From NCBI RefSeq assembly GCF_022511585.1, contig NZ_JAKWBN010000001.1, forward strand, positions 170,269 to 234,268: DNA of 64,000 nt, given 5' to 3'. This document shows positions 19,889 through 29,560 of the stretch, one piece after another. This DNA comes from Shimazuella soli. Lineage in GTDB: Bacteria; Bacillota; Bacilli; Thermoactinomycetales; Thermoactinomycetaceae. The notes beneath the pieces were generated by a model, which saw only the letters and a program-made list of their open reading frames with translations, did not search any database and had not been told where the DNA came from. Positions within the stretch are counted from its first letter, which is position 1. Every line of letters begins with the position of its first letter. Position numbers and translations under genes: made by a program.

Positions 19889-21151
19889 ATGCGTTTACTA
19901 GAAGATTTGGCTTACAGAGGGTTGATCTACCAAACTACCGATCAAGAAAAATTAGACCAACGATTAGAGCAAAGACCTATCATCTTATATGCTGGGTTTG
20001 ATCCTACAGCAGACAGTTTGCATATTGGACATTTGCTTCCTATTCTCACTCTCCGCCGTTTTCAGCAATATGGGCATCAGCCGATTGCGTTAGTAGGCGG
20101 TGGAACTGGACTCATTGGAGATCCCAGCGGTAAAGCATCAGAGCGCACATTGAATACCAAAGAAGTTGTGCAAAGTTACTCTAATAGCATTCGCTCACAA
20201 CTGTCCCGATTCCTCGATTTTGAGAAGGCAGAAAATCCAGCTTTATTGGTTAACAACTACGATTGGCTGGGTGAGTTAGAATTGATTCCATTCTTACGAG
20301 ATATAGGAAAGCATTTCCCGCTTAATTACATGTTAGCAAAAGAATCGGTGAATTCACGACTTGAAAAAGGAATTTCTTTTACAGAGTTTAGCTACATGAT
20401 TTTGCAAGCATTTGATTACTTAGAATTACACCGCCGCTATGGATGCGAGCTTCAAGTAGGTGGCAGTGATCAGTGGGGAAATATCACTGCTGGGACAGAG
20501 TTAATCCGCAAAACAGGAAGCAAATCAGATGATTTGTTTGGTCTAACTATTCCATTGGTCACCAAAAGCGATGGCACCAAGTTTGGGAAGACCGAAGGTG
20601 GAGCAGTATGGTTAGATGCTCAGAAGACATCTCCATATTTATTCTATCAGTTTTGGTTAAATACCGATGACGCAGATGTTATCAAATACCTCAAATATTT
20701 TACCTTTTTAACCAAAGATCAGATCGAAGAATTGGCAGAAACAGTAAAAACTGCACCAGAAAAACGCCAAGCACAGCGTGCATTAGCAGAAGAAATGACA
20801 AAGCTCGTTCATGGCGAGCAAGCCCTTGTAAGCAGCCAAAATATAACTGCTGCATTGTTCCAAGGAAAAGTGAGCACGCTGAGTAGCTCTGAAATTGCGG
20901 AAGGGTTTCAAGATGTTCCATCAGCATTGATCCAAGAAAACGAAATTCCACTTGTTGATGTTTTGATTCAAGTGGGAGCAGCAAAATCCAAACGAGAAGC
21001 ACGAGAGTTTATACAAAATGGAGCTGTGACTGTTAACGATGAAAGAGTAACAGACACAAGCGTTTTAGTAAATACCTTAAAAGCAATTGATGATAAATAT
21101 TTGGTAATCCGCAGAGGGAAGAAGAAGTACTTCTTGGCGGAATTAGGTTAA
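19889..21151 (+). CDS. tyrS: tyrosine--tRNA ligase
   Basis: MRLLEDLAYRGLIYQTT start with AAGGAGTG RBS. HIGH (HIGHLLP) and KMSKS-like (KFGKT) motifs. 420 aa. Confidence 0.9.
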   Translation: MRLLEDLAYRGLIYQTTDQEKLDQRLEQRPIILYAGFDPTADSLHIGHLLPILTLRRFQQYGHQPIALVGGGTGLIGDPSGKASERTLNTKEVVQSYSNSIRSQLSRFLDFEKAENPALLVNNYDWLGELELIPFLRDIGKHFPLNYMLAKESVNSRLEKGISFTEFSYMILQAFDYLELHRRYGCELQVGGSDQWGNITAGTELIRKTGSKSDDLFGLTIPLVTKSDGTKFGKTEGGAVWLDAQKTSPYLFYQFWLNTDDADVIKYLKYFTFLTKDQIEELAETVKTAPEKRQAQRALAEEMTKLVHGEQALVSSQNITAALFQGKVSTLSSSEIAEGFQDVPSALIQENEIPLVDVLIQVGAAKSKREAREFIQNGAVTVNDERVTDTSVLVNTLKAIDDKYLVIRRGKKKYFLAELG

Positions 21152-21307
21152 TAATGAACAGCAAGTCACCTTTCATAAGGTGGCTTTTTTTAAAAATAAA
21201 TTGAAAAAATAATGTGTTCCTATGGGCAAGATGTTATCGACAAAATTCCAAGCTATACATACAAAAGAAGGCACCTCTTTTAAAGAAGTAGTGCCTTCTT
21301 TTATTCT

Positions 21308-23077
21308 TTATCCGGCTAATTCCACCTTAAACTGCTGCTGAACCAATTGTTGATAGAGTTTATTGCTCTGGAGCAACTCTTCATGGGTGCCGGCTCCGGT
21401 CAATCTTCCTTTTTCTAACACTACAATTTTATCTGCATCCACTACTGTGGATAAGCGGTGAGCGATGACAAGTGTTGTGCGATCTTTCATTAAGTTTTGC
21501 AGTGCTTCTTGAACCACATGCTCTGATGCGGAGTCCAAGTTAGAAGTTGCTTCATCCAGCATCAAAATTTTTGGGTCATGTAAGATTGCTCTAGCAATTG
21601 CGATACGTTGCCGCTGACCGCCGGAAAGCTTCATTCCCCGTTCTCCTACTTCTGTATCAAATCCGTCTGGCAAGTTCAAAATAAATTCGTCTGCATAAGC
21701 TAACTTTGCTGCTCTGCGTAGTTCCTCTTCTGTTACTTCTCTTGTCATGGCATAACAAATATTGTCTCGAATAGTTCCAGCTAGTAGCGGGCTTTCTTGT
21801 GATACATAACTGATGGTAGTGCGCCAATCGCGAAGGCTGAACTCATGGATCGAATGGTCTCCAAGGCGAATTACACCGCTTGTTGGAGAATAGAAACGTT
21901 CCATTAGCGAGAAAAATGTTGTTTTCCCACTTCCGCTAGGACCCACAAGGGCAGTAACTTTACCCGATTCAATTTGGAAATTCAAATTGTGGAGAATGTT
22001 ATCTTTTCCTTCATATGCAAAAGACACATTTTCAATAGTAATAGGTAACTGTGGATTCACGGCTATTGTTTTTTCAAGTTGTACATCTGATTCGCCTTCA
22101 TATTCCAAGATTTCTGAGATACGTTCTGTAGCTCCCATTGCTTTTTGCAGCCCTACAAAAAACTGTGTCATCATGGTGACAGGCATGAGGATTTGGAACA
22201 GATACAGGATAAAAGCGACTAATTCTCCTGCTGTTAATTCTCCAGATGCGACTCGCATTCCGCCATATCCAATGATGAGAACAAGCATAGACATCATAAT
22301 AAGTCCTGATAATGGCTGCAAAATAGAGGTTAAACGTGATTCTTTTAAACCATATTGAAATAATCGATCGATCTCTTCTTCGCCTTGTTTTCGTTCTACA
22401 GGCTCAGCACTGTATGCTTTTACTAAGCGAATTTCGGAGACTACTTGGGTTAGTAAACTGGTGAAAACTGCTGTTTTTTCTTGGATTCCTTTGGATATTC
22501 CCCTCATTTTCATTCCGATCGGCCGCATAACAAATACAATAATCGGAACCGCAATCAACATCACAAGTGTCATGGACCAATCCAAATAAAAGAGAATACA
22601 TAGCGAACCAACTAAGGACACGACTCCGCTGAACATCGTTACTAATTGGTTAGAGATCAGATCTCGAACAATCGTTGTATCGTTATTAATTCGACTGACG
22701 GTTTCCCCAGAGTGATTTTTATCAAAGTAGGAAACAGGTAAGGTCAATGTTTTCGCCCAAATCTTTTTTCTTAGGTTGGAAACCACTAAGCCGCCGAGAT
22801 AGGCCAGATTATAAGTAGCAAAGCTGGACATCACCGCTTGGATTAAGATAGCACCAACAAGCAGAAGTATGGTGGATAGGCTTAAAGAACCTGATGTCAT
22901 CACGTTTACAGCATCTTTGGTAAACCAAGGCACGACAAGACCAGCAATGGTTGAAAGCAAAGATAGTCCTAGTACTAGGGCAATTAACGATTTTGGTAAC
23001 TTTTGGAATTGGACCAAATCCAAAAACTTTTTCCATTGTGTTTTTTTTGATTTTGGGAGTGTATCTTTTTGATTCAC
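21308..23077 (-). CDS. ABC transporter, fused permease/ATP-binding protein (MDR-type exporter)
   Basis: Six-TM N-domain, then Walker A GPSGSGKTT, signature LSGGQRQR and Walker B ILMLDEATS. Confidence 0.85.
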   Translation of the reverse strand: MNQKDTLPKSKKTQWKKFLDLVQFQKLPKSLIALVLGLSLLSTIAGLVVPWFTKDAVNVMTSGSLSLSTILLLVGAILIQAVMSSFATYNLAYLGGLVVSNLRKKIWAKTLTLPVSYFDKNHSGETVSRINNDTTIVRDLISNQLVTMFSGVVSLVGSLCILFYLDWSMTLVMLIAVPIIVFVMRPIGMKMRGISKGIQEKTAVFTSLLTQVVSEIRLVKAYSAEPVERKQGEEEIDRLFQYGLKESRLTSILQPLSGLIMMSMLVLIIGYGGMRVASGELTAGELVAFILYLFQILMPVTMMTQFFVGLQKAMGATERISEILEYEGESDVQLEKTIAVNPQLPITIENVSFAYEGKDNILHNLNFQIESGKVTALVGPSGSGKTTFFSLMERFYSPTSGVIRLGDHSIHEFSLRDWRTTISYVSQESPLLAGTIRDNICYAMTREVTEEELRRAAKLAYADEFILNLPDGFDTEVGERGMKLSGGQRQRIAIARAILHDPKILMLDEATSNLDSASEHVVQEALQNLMKDRTTLVIAHRLSTVVDADKIVVLEKGRLTGAGTHEELLQSNKLYQQLVQQQFKVELAG

Positions 23078-23229
23078 GTTTTTCCCTCCAACGTTCTAAT
23101 GTAGTTCTATTGTAATGCTTCTTTATGAACGGAAAATGAACGACTGTTTATAGGGGATAAAGTCAGGAAATAGGTAGGAAGAGAGAATGGATTCACTCTC
23201 TCTTGGTGTCAGTTTCTGAGGAAAGGGAC

Positions 23230-23904
23230 CTAAAGGTACAAAAGTTGTAACCATGGTTTATACGTGCTAACTACTGCCTTTGCTCCTGCTTCATGTAACA
23301 AAGCACATTTACTAGGAGTTCGGGTAAAGCCAAGAAATCGAGTATTGGCACTTTTTGAGGCAAGGTAGTCCGTAGGAGAATCTCCAATCATAAGAGTTCT
23401 TGTAGGAGACACCTCAAGTAGGTCGATTGCTTTTAAAAGCATAAAGGGGTTTGGTTTGAGAAGTTCTGGATAAGGACCTTCTCGTCCAACTATATATCCA
23501 TAGAAATATTTGGTGAGGTTTTTATTAGCCAAATATATTTGTACTGCTTTGGGAGAGTTATTTGTGACAATTGCTTGTTTTATACCATTCGCATGTAGTG
23601 CGATGATTACATCTTGTACATGGGGAGTAAGGGTAGAGATTTCCGCTGCTTCACATTCTTTTTGGGTCAATAGTGCTTCCAATTCAAAGTAAGCATCGCG
23701 ATGAGTGCTAGAAAAATTTTTCCCCCTACGAAAAATAGAATGCGGATCATTATCGATAAGATCCTCTTTTTGATCCAAGTTTCTTTCCCAAAGAAAGTCT
23801 CGAAGTGACCCAGCAACGGTAGGTGCCGGCAAACCAGCAAATAAGTGACAGATGGGGATGTCAAAATCCCAGCATACACATTCAAGGTCATGATGGATTT
23901 CCAT
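23230..23904 (-). CDS. HAD-superfamily hydrolase (HAD-IA-like), N-terminal motif partly degenerate
   Basis: The C-terminal half has the typical IVTNNSPK...MIGDSPTDY HAD motifs. The N-terminal DFDIP is in place of DxDGT. The start is uncertain. Confidence 0.5.
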   Translation of the reverse strand: MEIHHDLECVCWDFDIPICHLFAGLPAPTVAGSLRDFLWERNLDQKEDLIDNDPHSIFRRGKNFSSTHRDAYFELEALLTQKECEAAEISTLTPHVQDVIIALHANGIKQAIVTNNSPKAVQIYLANKNLTKYFYGYIVGREGPYPELLKPNPFMLLKAIDLLEVSPTRTLMIGDSPTDYLASKSANTRFLGFTRTPSKCALLHEAGAKAVVSTYKPWLQLLYL

Positions 23905-24056
23905 AAAGGTTTGAACAGTGGGCGATCTCCAATTTTGATATTGTTCTCTCGTGAGGTTAGGCAGAGTCGATCCACTCCCCTTAGAAAAATATTCAGATAT
24001 AGCTTAACAAAGACCTTTTTACTCGTCCAGAGAAGAGAATTGTGTATTTTGTTATA

Positions 24057-24088
24057 GAAAAAAACTCCTCTTGGTAGAGGAGTTTTTG
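24057..24088. terminator. bidirectional terminator downstream of rpsD
   Basis: aaaaactcctct-tggt-agaggagttttt. Confidence 0.75.
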
Positions 24089-24099
24089 CAAAGAAACGA

Positions 24100-24702
24100 T
24101 TAACGAGAGTAGAACTCTACGATAAGGGTTTCGTTGATTTCAGCTGGTAATTCAGAACGATCAGGTAGACGGGTAAAAGTACCTTCTAGTTTGTTTGGAT
24201 CAAAAGAAACATATTCTGGTGTAAACGTACGATCTTCTAAAGCTTCTTTCACAATTGTTAAATTGCGGCTTTTTTCACGAAGACCAATGGTATCCCCAAT
24301 TGCTACTTGGTAAGCTGGACGGTCTACTTTTTTTCCATTAACGGTTACATGACCATGTACAACCAATTGACGAGCTTGTGCACGAGTACGAGCAAGACCG
24401 AGACGGAAAACAAGGTTGTCCAAACGAGATTCGAGCAACTTCATAAAGTTTTCCCCGTGAATCCCTTTGATTTTACCAGAACGAACAAACAAGTTACGGA
24501 ACTGTTTTTCGTTCATGCCGTACATCAAACGCAGTTTTTGTTTCTCTTGAAGCTGGATGCCGTACTCACTTAATTTTTTACGTTGGTTTGGACCGTGTTG
24601 TCCTGGAGCATATGGACGACGAGCTAATTCTTTCCCCGTTCCAGATAGCGAAATGCCAAGACGACGGCTCAATTTCCATGTTGGGCCAGTATAACGTGCC
24701 AT
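24100..24702 (-). CDS. rpsD: 30S ribosomal protein S4
   Basis: [37 protein letters not shown], with AAAGGAG RBS. The ORF-track upstream extension has no RBS. Confidence 0.9.
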   Translation of the reverse strand: MARYTGPTWKLSRRLGISLSGTGKELARRPYAPGQHGPNQRKKLSEYGIQLQEKQKLRLMYGMNEKQFRNLFVRSGKIKGIHGENFMKLLESRLDNLVFRLGLARTRAQARQLVVHGHVTVNGKKVDRPAYQVAIGDTIGLREKSRNLTIVKEALEDRTFTPEYVSFDPNKLEGTFTRLPDRSELPAEINETLIVEFYSR

Positions 24703-24860
24703 ATTGTAAAACTCCTTTTCATTTGCGTTTTTCTGCAAATGACAGGGCTGATCCGCTGATGCTTACCATACTCATCCGGATAGCGGCGGTAAGAGCAGGT
24801 ACCTATTATAAAAATAGGGCGAACCAGTGAGGGTGATCCCTTCACCTATCGTTTGCGTGC
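24703..24860 (-). promoter_or_regulatory. rpsD 5' leader (likely S4 autoregulatory structured leader)
   Basis: A ~150-nt GC-richer structured untranslated region between a TATAAT-like element and the rpsD RBS. This is inferred from the known S4 autoregulation in Bacillus. Confidence 0.35.
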
Positions 24861-24948
24861 TATCCTCATTTTCCCATAGGAGGGATATTTCTAGAGCCAT
24901 ACAAGCAAGTATTATACAGGATATAAGTTCGAAGTACAAGAGTTAAAG

Positions 24949-25086
24949 CTACTTTTCCGGATTACAAATAGTTTCTGATGTTCGCTTTGCTTTTTCCAAT
25001 AAAAATTCCATGTATTCGATCACCAATTCTTGATAATGAAGAGGTAACTTTTCAAAGATCTCATTCAATTGAGTTTCTTTATCCAT
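24949..25086 (-). CDS. small protein (45 aa) translationally coupled to trmB
   Basis: MDKETQLNEIFEKLPLHYQELVIEYMEFLLEKAKRTSETICNPEK. Its ATG overlaps the trmB stop (ATGGATAA), and GAAGGAAA lies upstream. Confidence 0.35.
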   Translation of the reverse strand: MDKETQLNEIFEKLPLHYQELVIEYMEFLLEKAKRTSETICNPEK

Positions 25087-25735
25087 TAGTGTTTCCTTCA
25101 TCAGGAACTGCCCTCAAATAATAAATGGGCATCCCAAGTCCTGCAAACTTCTCCTCATACTCTGTTGTTATATTCGTTTCTGCCCACTGGCTATGATGCA
25201 GATCGCTACTTTGTTCGATGATATTCCATCCGGTTTCTTGAAGCTCATCTACGGAAAATTGGTACAAACTATCGCTGTCTGTCTTTAATATAAGATCGCC
25301 TTTTGGAGAAAGAAGGGTTTTATAAACTTCTAAAAAATCCCGGTAAGTCAAGCGGCGTTTGTAATGTCTTGTCTTAGGCCATGGATCACTGAAATGAAGA
25401 TAAAATCGATCAATTTCTCCGGGTGCAAACGCTTCTTGGAGTTTCACAATATCCAGCCACAAATATCGGATATTTTCATTTCCTGTCTCTTCTCCTTTTC
25501 GAGCAGCTAATAAGAGCGGTTCTTGAATCTTCTCCACACCAATCCAGTTAATCTCGGGATATGTAGTAGATGCTTTTGCTAAAAATTGGCCTTTACCTGT
25601 ACCAAGTTCTACATAGATAGGATGAGAGTTACCAAAAAGTTCCTTCCAATTTCCTTTTTGATCTTCGTAGTCCGCAACACTTAAGGAGTGAGTGGTCAAT
25701 AACTCGATTGCTTTGGGATTTCTACGTAAACGCAT
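25079..25735 (-). CDS. trmB: tRNA (guanine46-N7)-methyltransferase
   Basis: MRLRRNPKAIELL...VELGTGKGQF...HFSDPWPK matches the TrmB signature. The start was chosen at the Met with a GGAG-containing RBS. The longer track ORF is an upstream extension. Confidence 0.8.
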   Translation of the reverse strand: MRLRRNPKAIELLTTHSLSVADYEDQKGNWKELFGNSHPIYVELGTGKGQFLAKASTTYPEINWIGVEKIQEPLLLAARKGEETGNENIRYLWLDIVKLQEAFAPGEIDRFYLHFSDPWPKTRHYKRRLTYRDFLEVYKTLLSPKGDLILKTDSDSLYQFSVDELQETGWNIIEQSSDLHHSQWAETNITTEYEEKFAGLGMPIYYLRAVPDEGNTNG

Positions 25736-25883
25736 ATCTGCTAATCGCTCCATTTTTAAAATAAGCATTATTATAGCAGAAGGTGTGAGAATTGGGGAAA
25801 GAAAGAGCGAAAAAGGAGTATAAAAGTGGGTCGGTGGTGTTATCCACTTTGAAAGGAGAACCCACCGACTGCCGGCTCCAGCA

Positions 25884-26126
25884 TCAGAGCTGTCCAAGGA
25901 GTCGATTCAAACACAACACTGTCAGAACGACACCGATTGGTGTGATTGCCAAACCAATATAAGTCAGGACTTCGTAAACACGGATACGCTTCTTTACAGG
26001 TTTATTCTCTACTGCGACCGCGTGCTTGGGACGAGTACGACTGTCTCGGAGAAGCTTGTCGAAGAAGAGCATATAGAAGTAGAGCCCGATCAGCAAAAGA
26101 ATGGGACCCAGAAAGAGGATGCTCAT
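25884..26126 (-). CDS. small two-TM membrane protein
   Basis: MSILFLGPILLLIGLYFYMLFF...; internal Met with an AAGAAGGG RBS is preferred as the start. Confidence 0.4.
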   Translation of the reverse strand: MSILFLGPILLLIGLYFYMLFFDKLLRDSRTRPKHAVAVENKPVKKRIRVYEVLTYIGLAITPIGVVLTVLCLNRLLGQL

Positions 26127-26319
26127 GATGTTAAGCCCTTCTTTTGGAGGGAACCGGCGGTTTGATTTTATTATAGCATAGAGTTGTGTCATTTTATGGA
26201 ATGTTCAAACGATTAAAAAATATACTTTTGCTAGATAAATTTTCATTTTATTCCCCATAGTTCTATCTTTAGTGGGAGAAAATCGCTATACTAGAAGTAA
26301 CCGAGTGACAGGGGAAGAA

Positions 26320-26601
26320 ATGGTTAACACCATCACACAGATGATGCTCGCAGGCAGCAAGATCAGGCACCGCCACGGGAGCGGCATCGACTTCGATGAC
26401 TTCGATGGCGGGGGTTGCGCACCCTCGACCACGGGAGTGCAGTGGCTCGACTGGCTGCTCTTCATCGTCGTCTTCCTCTTCATCGCCTGCATCGCCTTCT
26501 TCGTCCTCCGCGCGTTTTTCGGAGGCACGAGGAGGACGAAGCCGGTTGCGAAGAAGAGGCCCGCGTCCCGGCAGGTGACGAAGACTTCGCTCGACAAGTA
26601 A
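26320..26601 (+). CDS. GC-rich small membrane protein (94 aa), likely horizontally acquired
   Basis: Strong GC3 bias in this frame only. One TM helix (WLDWLLFIVVFLFIACIAFFVL), then an R/K-rich tail. AGGGGAAG RBS. A GC-rich hairpin without a T-run lies downstream. Confidence 0.45.
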   Translation: MVNTITQMMLAGSKIRHRHGSGIDFDDFDGGGCAPSTTGVQWLDWLLFIVVFLFIACIAFFVLRAFFGGTRRTKPVAKKRPASRQVTKTSLDK

Positions 26602-26896
26602 GTGGGGGAACCGCCCTGTGCACAACCCGCCGGTGCTCGGATATTCCAAGCATCGGCGGCAATCGATCTCAATAGAACCTCTATAATAAATCAAATAAAT
26701 AATCTGCAAAAATATTTTGTCTTTGATGGATTAAGGTATCTTCTAGAGAGGATACCTTTTTTTGATGGATGTAGATTCTTGTATACATTTTCGAAAAAAA
26801 TATTCCATATATTCTAAATTAAACAACATATCTTTAGATGGGGTGTAGAGCGGACGGAAAAAAACTATAATAAAGACGAGACAAAGATGAAGGACG

Positions 26897-27379
26897 ATGA
26901 ATATGACACTCGAAAAACTAGAAGCTGAAATTCAAGATCTATCAGAAGTAGAAATCAATACCATTCACAAATTAGTCCAGGCTCTAAAACGCACAAGAGT
27001 AAGTCCCCTTGCTTATATTGAAGAAATGATGAATTTCCAATTTATGAAGTATGATGAAGAGGAAGATGCTTACGTCCATCGGATGTGTGTCACAGATGAA
27101 TTAAAAAATCGATATAAGATCTTGCATGGTGGCATTACTGCAACGTTTATTGATACAGCGATGGGAGCAACAGCTGTCCAAGCACTTGGAGTGGAAACTA
27201 GCGCGGTCACTATTGACTTGCAAGTACATTTTCTCTCACCGGGTAAAGATGGTTGGCTCTATGCTTATACCAAGTTTGTGAAAAAAGGAAAAACCATTAT
27301 TACGATGGAAAGCAAGGTAAAAGATGAGCAGGGAAAAATAATCGCAACTGCAAGCTCTACCTTTTTCCGTCTGAAATAA
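26897..27379 (+). CDS. PaaI/YbgC-type hotdog-fold acyl-CoA thioesterase
   Basis: ILHGGITATFIDTAMG...hotdog motif. Confidence 0.7.
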   Translation: MNMTLEKLEAEIQDLSEVEINTIHKLVQALKRTRVSPLAYIEEMMNFQFMKYDEEEDAYVHRMCVTDELKNRYKILHGGITATFIDTAMGATAVQALGVETSAVTIDLQVHFLSPGKDGWLYAYTKFVKKGKTIITMESKVKDEQGKIIATASSTFFRLK

Positions 27380-27394
27380 AAGGCAGGTGAAAAA

Positions 27395-27844
27395 GTGAAG
27401 AAGCCAGTTAAGATTGCACCAAAGGCGATTATTTTCAATCAAGATAAGGTGCTGATCCTTACGCGTTCTAAAAAAGAACGAAAAGATCGGCATTCGCACG
27501 GTTGGGATTTTCCTGGAGGCGGCTTAGAACCAGGAGAACAAATTATGGATGCGCTTGCAAGAGAAGTGAAAGAAGAGACCGGACTTTCCATAAAAGTAAT
27601 TTCTCCAGCATATATTTATGATGAGATCATGGATGAAAAGCATTTGGTTATCATGAAGTTTGCTTGTTGTAATCCGATCGGAGAAATCGAATTGAGCCCA
27701 GAGCATGACGAGTATCGCTGGGTAGAGATGAAAAAATTAGCAGATGAACCTTTTCCAGAGTGGATGAAAGAAGAAATGAGAAGAGCTTATCGCATGTATT
27801 TGGCTTATCGTGCGTCAGAGCATAATATATTAGTAGAACGATAA
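27395..27844 (+). CDS. Nudix hydrolase
   Basis: Nudix box GWDFPGGGLEPGEQIMDALAREVKEETGL. Terminator at 27844-27872. Confidence 0.75.
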   Translation: MKKPVKIAPKAIIFNQDKVLILTRSKKERKDRHSHGWDFPGGGLEPGEQIMDALAREVKEETGLSIKVISPAYIYDEIMDEKHLVIMKFACCNPIGEIELSPEHDEYRWVEMKKLADEPFPEWMKEEMRRAYRMYLAYRASEHNILVER

Positions 27845-27940
27845 AAAGCATGGCGTCTGCCATGCTTTTCTATTATGAAGGGATGATAGCAGGCGGGTGA
27901 TCCGGTCAATTTGATCGAACCACCCAAGTCCTAGTCTCGA

Positions 27941-28099
27941 CTAGTACGATCGCTTTCCGAAGCGAAAGTGGGAGCCTTCCTCACAGTCCGAACATGTCAT
28001 TCCACGTTCAAGGACCGCGTTCTGGCAAGTACACCCGTTTTTGGGGCACTCACATCGGGGGCCATCGTATTCCTTTGCAACATCAGCGTCAGGCTTCAC
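27941..28099 (-). CDS. SmtA/BmtA-family bacterial metallothionein (52 aa), GC-rich, not in ORF track
   Basis: Minus frame MKPDADVAKEYDGPRCECPKNGCTCQNAVLERGMTCSDCEEGSHFRFGKRSY. It has a CxCxxxxCxC...CSxxCxxGxH pattern like SmtA, a GTG start after AGGTAGGA, and strong GC3 bias. Confidence 0.5.
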   Translation of the reverse strand: MKPDADVAKEYDGPRCECPKNGCTCQNAVLERGMTCSDCEEGSHFRFGKRSY

Positions 28100-28175
28100 G
28101 TATCCTACCTAATCGAGCCCATTACTTATGCCTTTATTATAGATAACTATTTACAAAAATAATAATTGTAATTTT

Positions 28176-28930
28176 TTACACTGCGTTTTTCAGAGATTGA
28201 AGGTATTTTTCCCCTTTTTCTGAGTCATACTGCTTTTCCCATTTGGAAATAACAACAGTAGCAAGGGAATTTCCAACTACATTTACTGCCGTACGTGCCA
28301 TATCTAAAATCCGGTCAATACCTGCGATAAAGGCTAGTCCTTCCATAGGGATTTCAACGGAACCGAGTGTAGCCAGCAAGACGACGAATGATACTCCAGG
28401 TACACCAGCGATTCCAAGTCCTAACATAATAGAAAAAAAAGAAAATGATAGCGAGCATGTCGCCGTTTACAAGTGATTCTATGATATTCGTAGGTACGAT
28501 GTTGACGAGTGTATCTACAAAACTATGGCTCTCTTGGGTTTTGGCTGTTGATACATATGATCCTATATCGCTTTTTTGTAAGTGTTGCATCTGAACACCA
28601 TGACCTGGTTGGAAAACGTTTGCAACCAATAATTCAATTAAAATAGCTACCGTTGTAATAATTTCAAAGTAAAGAAGCGTTTTTCCGCCTAATTTCCCCG
28701 GATTTTTTAAAGCTTCCCGTTCCGGCTACCCCTAGAACTAGTGTAGAGACAACAATAGGGATAACGATCATTTTGATAAGATGAAGAAAAATATCACCAA
28801 TTGGCTGCAAGTAAGTAGCTACCTTTGGGTTTCCAAAGAAGACAGCACCTACGATGATTCCTGACACCAAACCTATTAAAATTTGATAAGCTAAGCTAAT
28901 TTTTTTCGTAAAGTTCTACTCTCTAGATCT
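28176..28930 (-). pseudogene. proton/sodium-glutamate symporter (GltP/GltT family) pseudogene: three frames plus a large internal deletion
   Basis: Three minus-strand ORF fragments match the N-terminal (GAVFFGNPKVATYLQPIGDIFL), middle (NVFQPGHGV...GDMLAIIFF) and C-terminal (GIAGVPGVSFVVLLATLG...AGIDRILDMARTAVNV) parts of GltP. They lie in different frames, and ~230 codons are missing. Confidence 0.65.
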
Positions 28931-28934
28931 AGAC

Positions 28935-29432
28935 TTATAAAAGCGTTTTCCAATCGGTTGCTTCCAGCAAAACGGCAGCAAGCTGTTCGAGGTATGCTTT
29001 ATCAACAGATTCAAATCGATTTAAAACAGGGCTATCAATATCTAGTACACCGATTACATTGTTTTCAACGACAAGCGGGATCACGATTTCGGAACGGGAA
29101 TCTGCATCGCAAGCGATATGTCCGGGAAACTGGTGGACATCTGCTACGACCTGTGTTTGTTTCTCAGCGACCGCTGTTCCACAAACTCCTTTTCCAACAT
29201 TGATGCGTACGCAAGCAGGTTTCCCCATAAATGGTCCCAATACCAACTCATTTTGTTTCATCAGATAAAACCCCACCCAATTTATCTCATGGAGCGTATT
29301 AGCTAAGAAGCTTGCAGTGTTGGACATATTCGCAAGCCAATCCCGCTCGTCTTCCAAAAGGGATTTTAACTGCCTGATCATAGATGTATATTGTTCTTCT
29401 TTGGTGCCAGTCGGTTGCTGAACGTGAAACAT
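28935..29432 (-). CDS. GAF-domain protein (YtsP / free methionine-R-sulfoxide reductase-like)
   Basis: GAF motif ...VGFYLM...GPFMGKPACVRI...GVCG. Its position near rpsD matches B. subtilis ytsP. Confidence 0.7.
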   Translation of the reverse strand: MFHVQQPTGTKEEQYTSMIRQLKSLLEDERDWLANMSNTASFLANTLHEINWVGFYLMKQNELVLGPFMGKPACVRINVGKGVCGTAVAEKQTQVVADVHQFPGHIACDADSRSEIVIPLVVENNVIGVLDIDSPVLNRFESVDKAYLEQLAAVLLEATDWKTLL

Positions 29433-29560
29433 TTATGTATCCCCCTAATTTTTTATTTTCTTTACCCCGCAAAAACGCTTTTTCTGATAAAATGGATGGT
29501 ATTGTATTACCTTACCTATTCTACCTGTGAATCTTAATTTCGAAAAGGGGTTTCTTAATT

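Noticed and set aside
25736-25897. Upstream extension of trmB to 272 aa
   Set aside because: The extra 54 residues are hydrophobic and non-conserved and lack an RBS. TrmB homologs start near MRLRRNP.
26269-26709. Minus-strand 146-aa/128-aa ORFs and plus 60-86-aa ORFs in the 26.3-26.7 kb GC-rich patch
   Set aside because: They are overlapping alternative frames of one GC-rich stretch. Only the plus frame from 26320 has consistent GC3 bias, an RBS and a TM helix.
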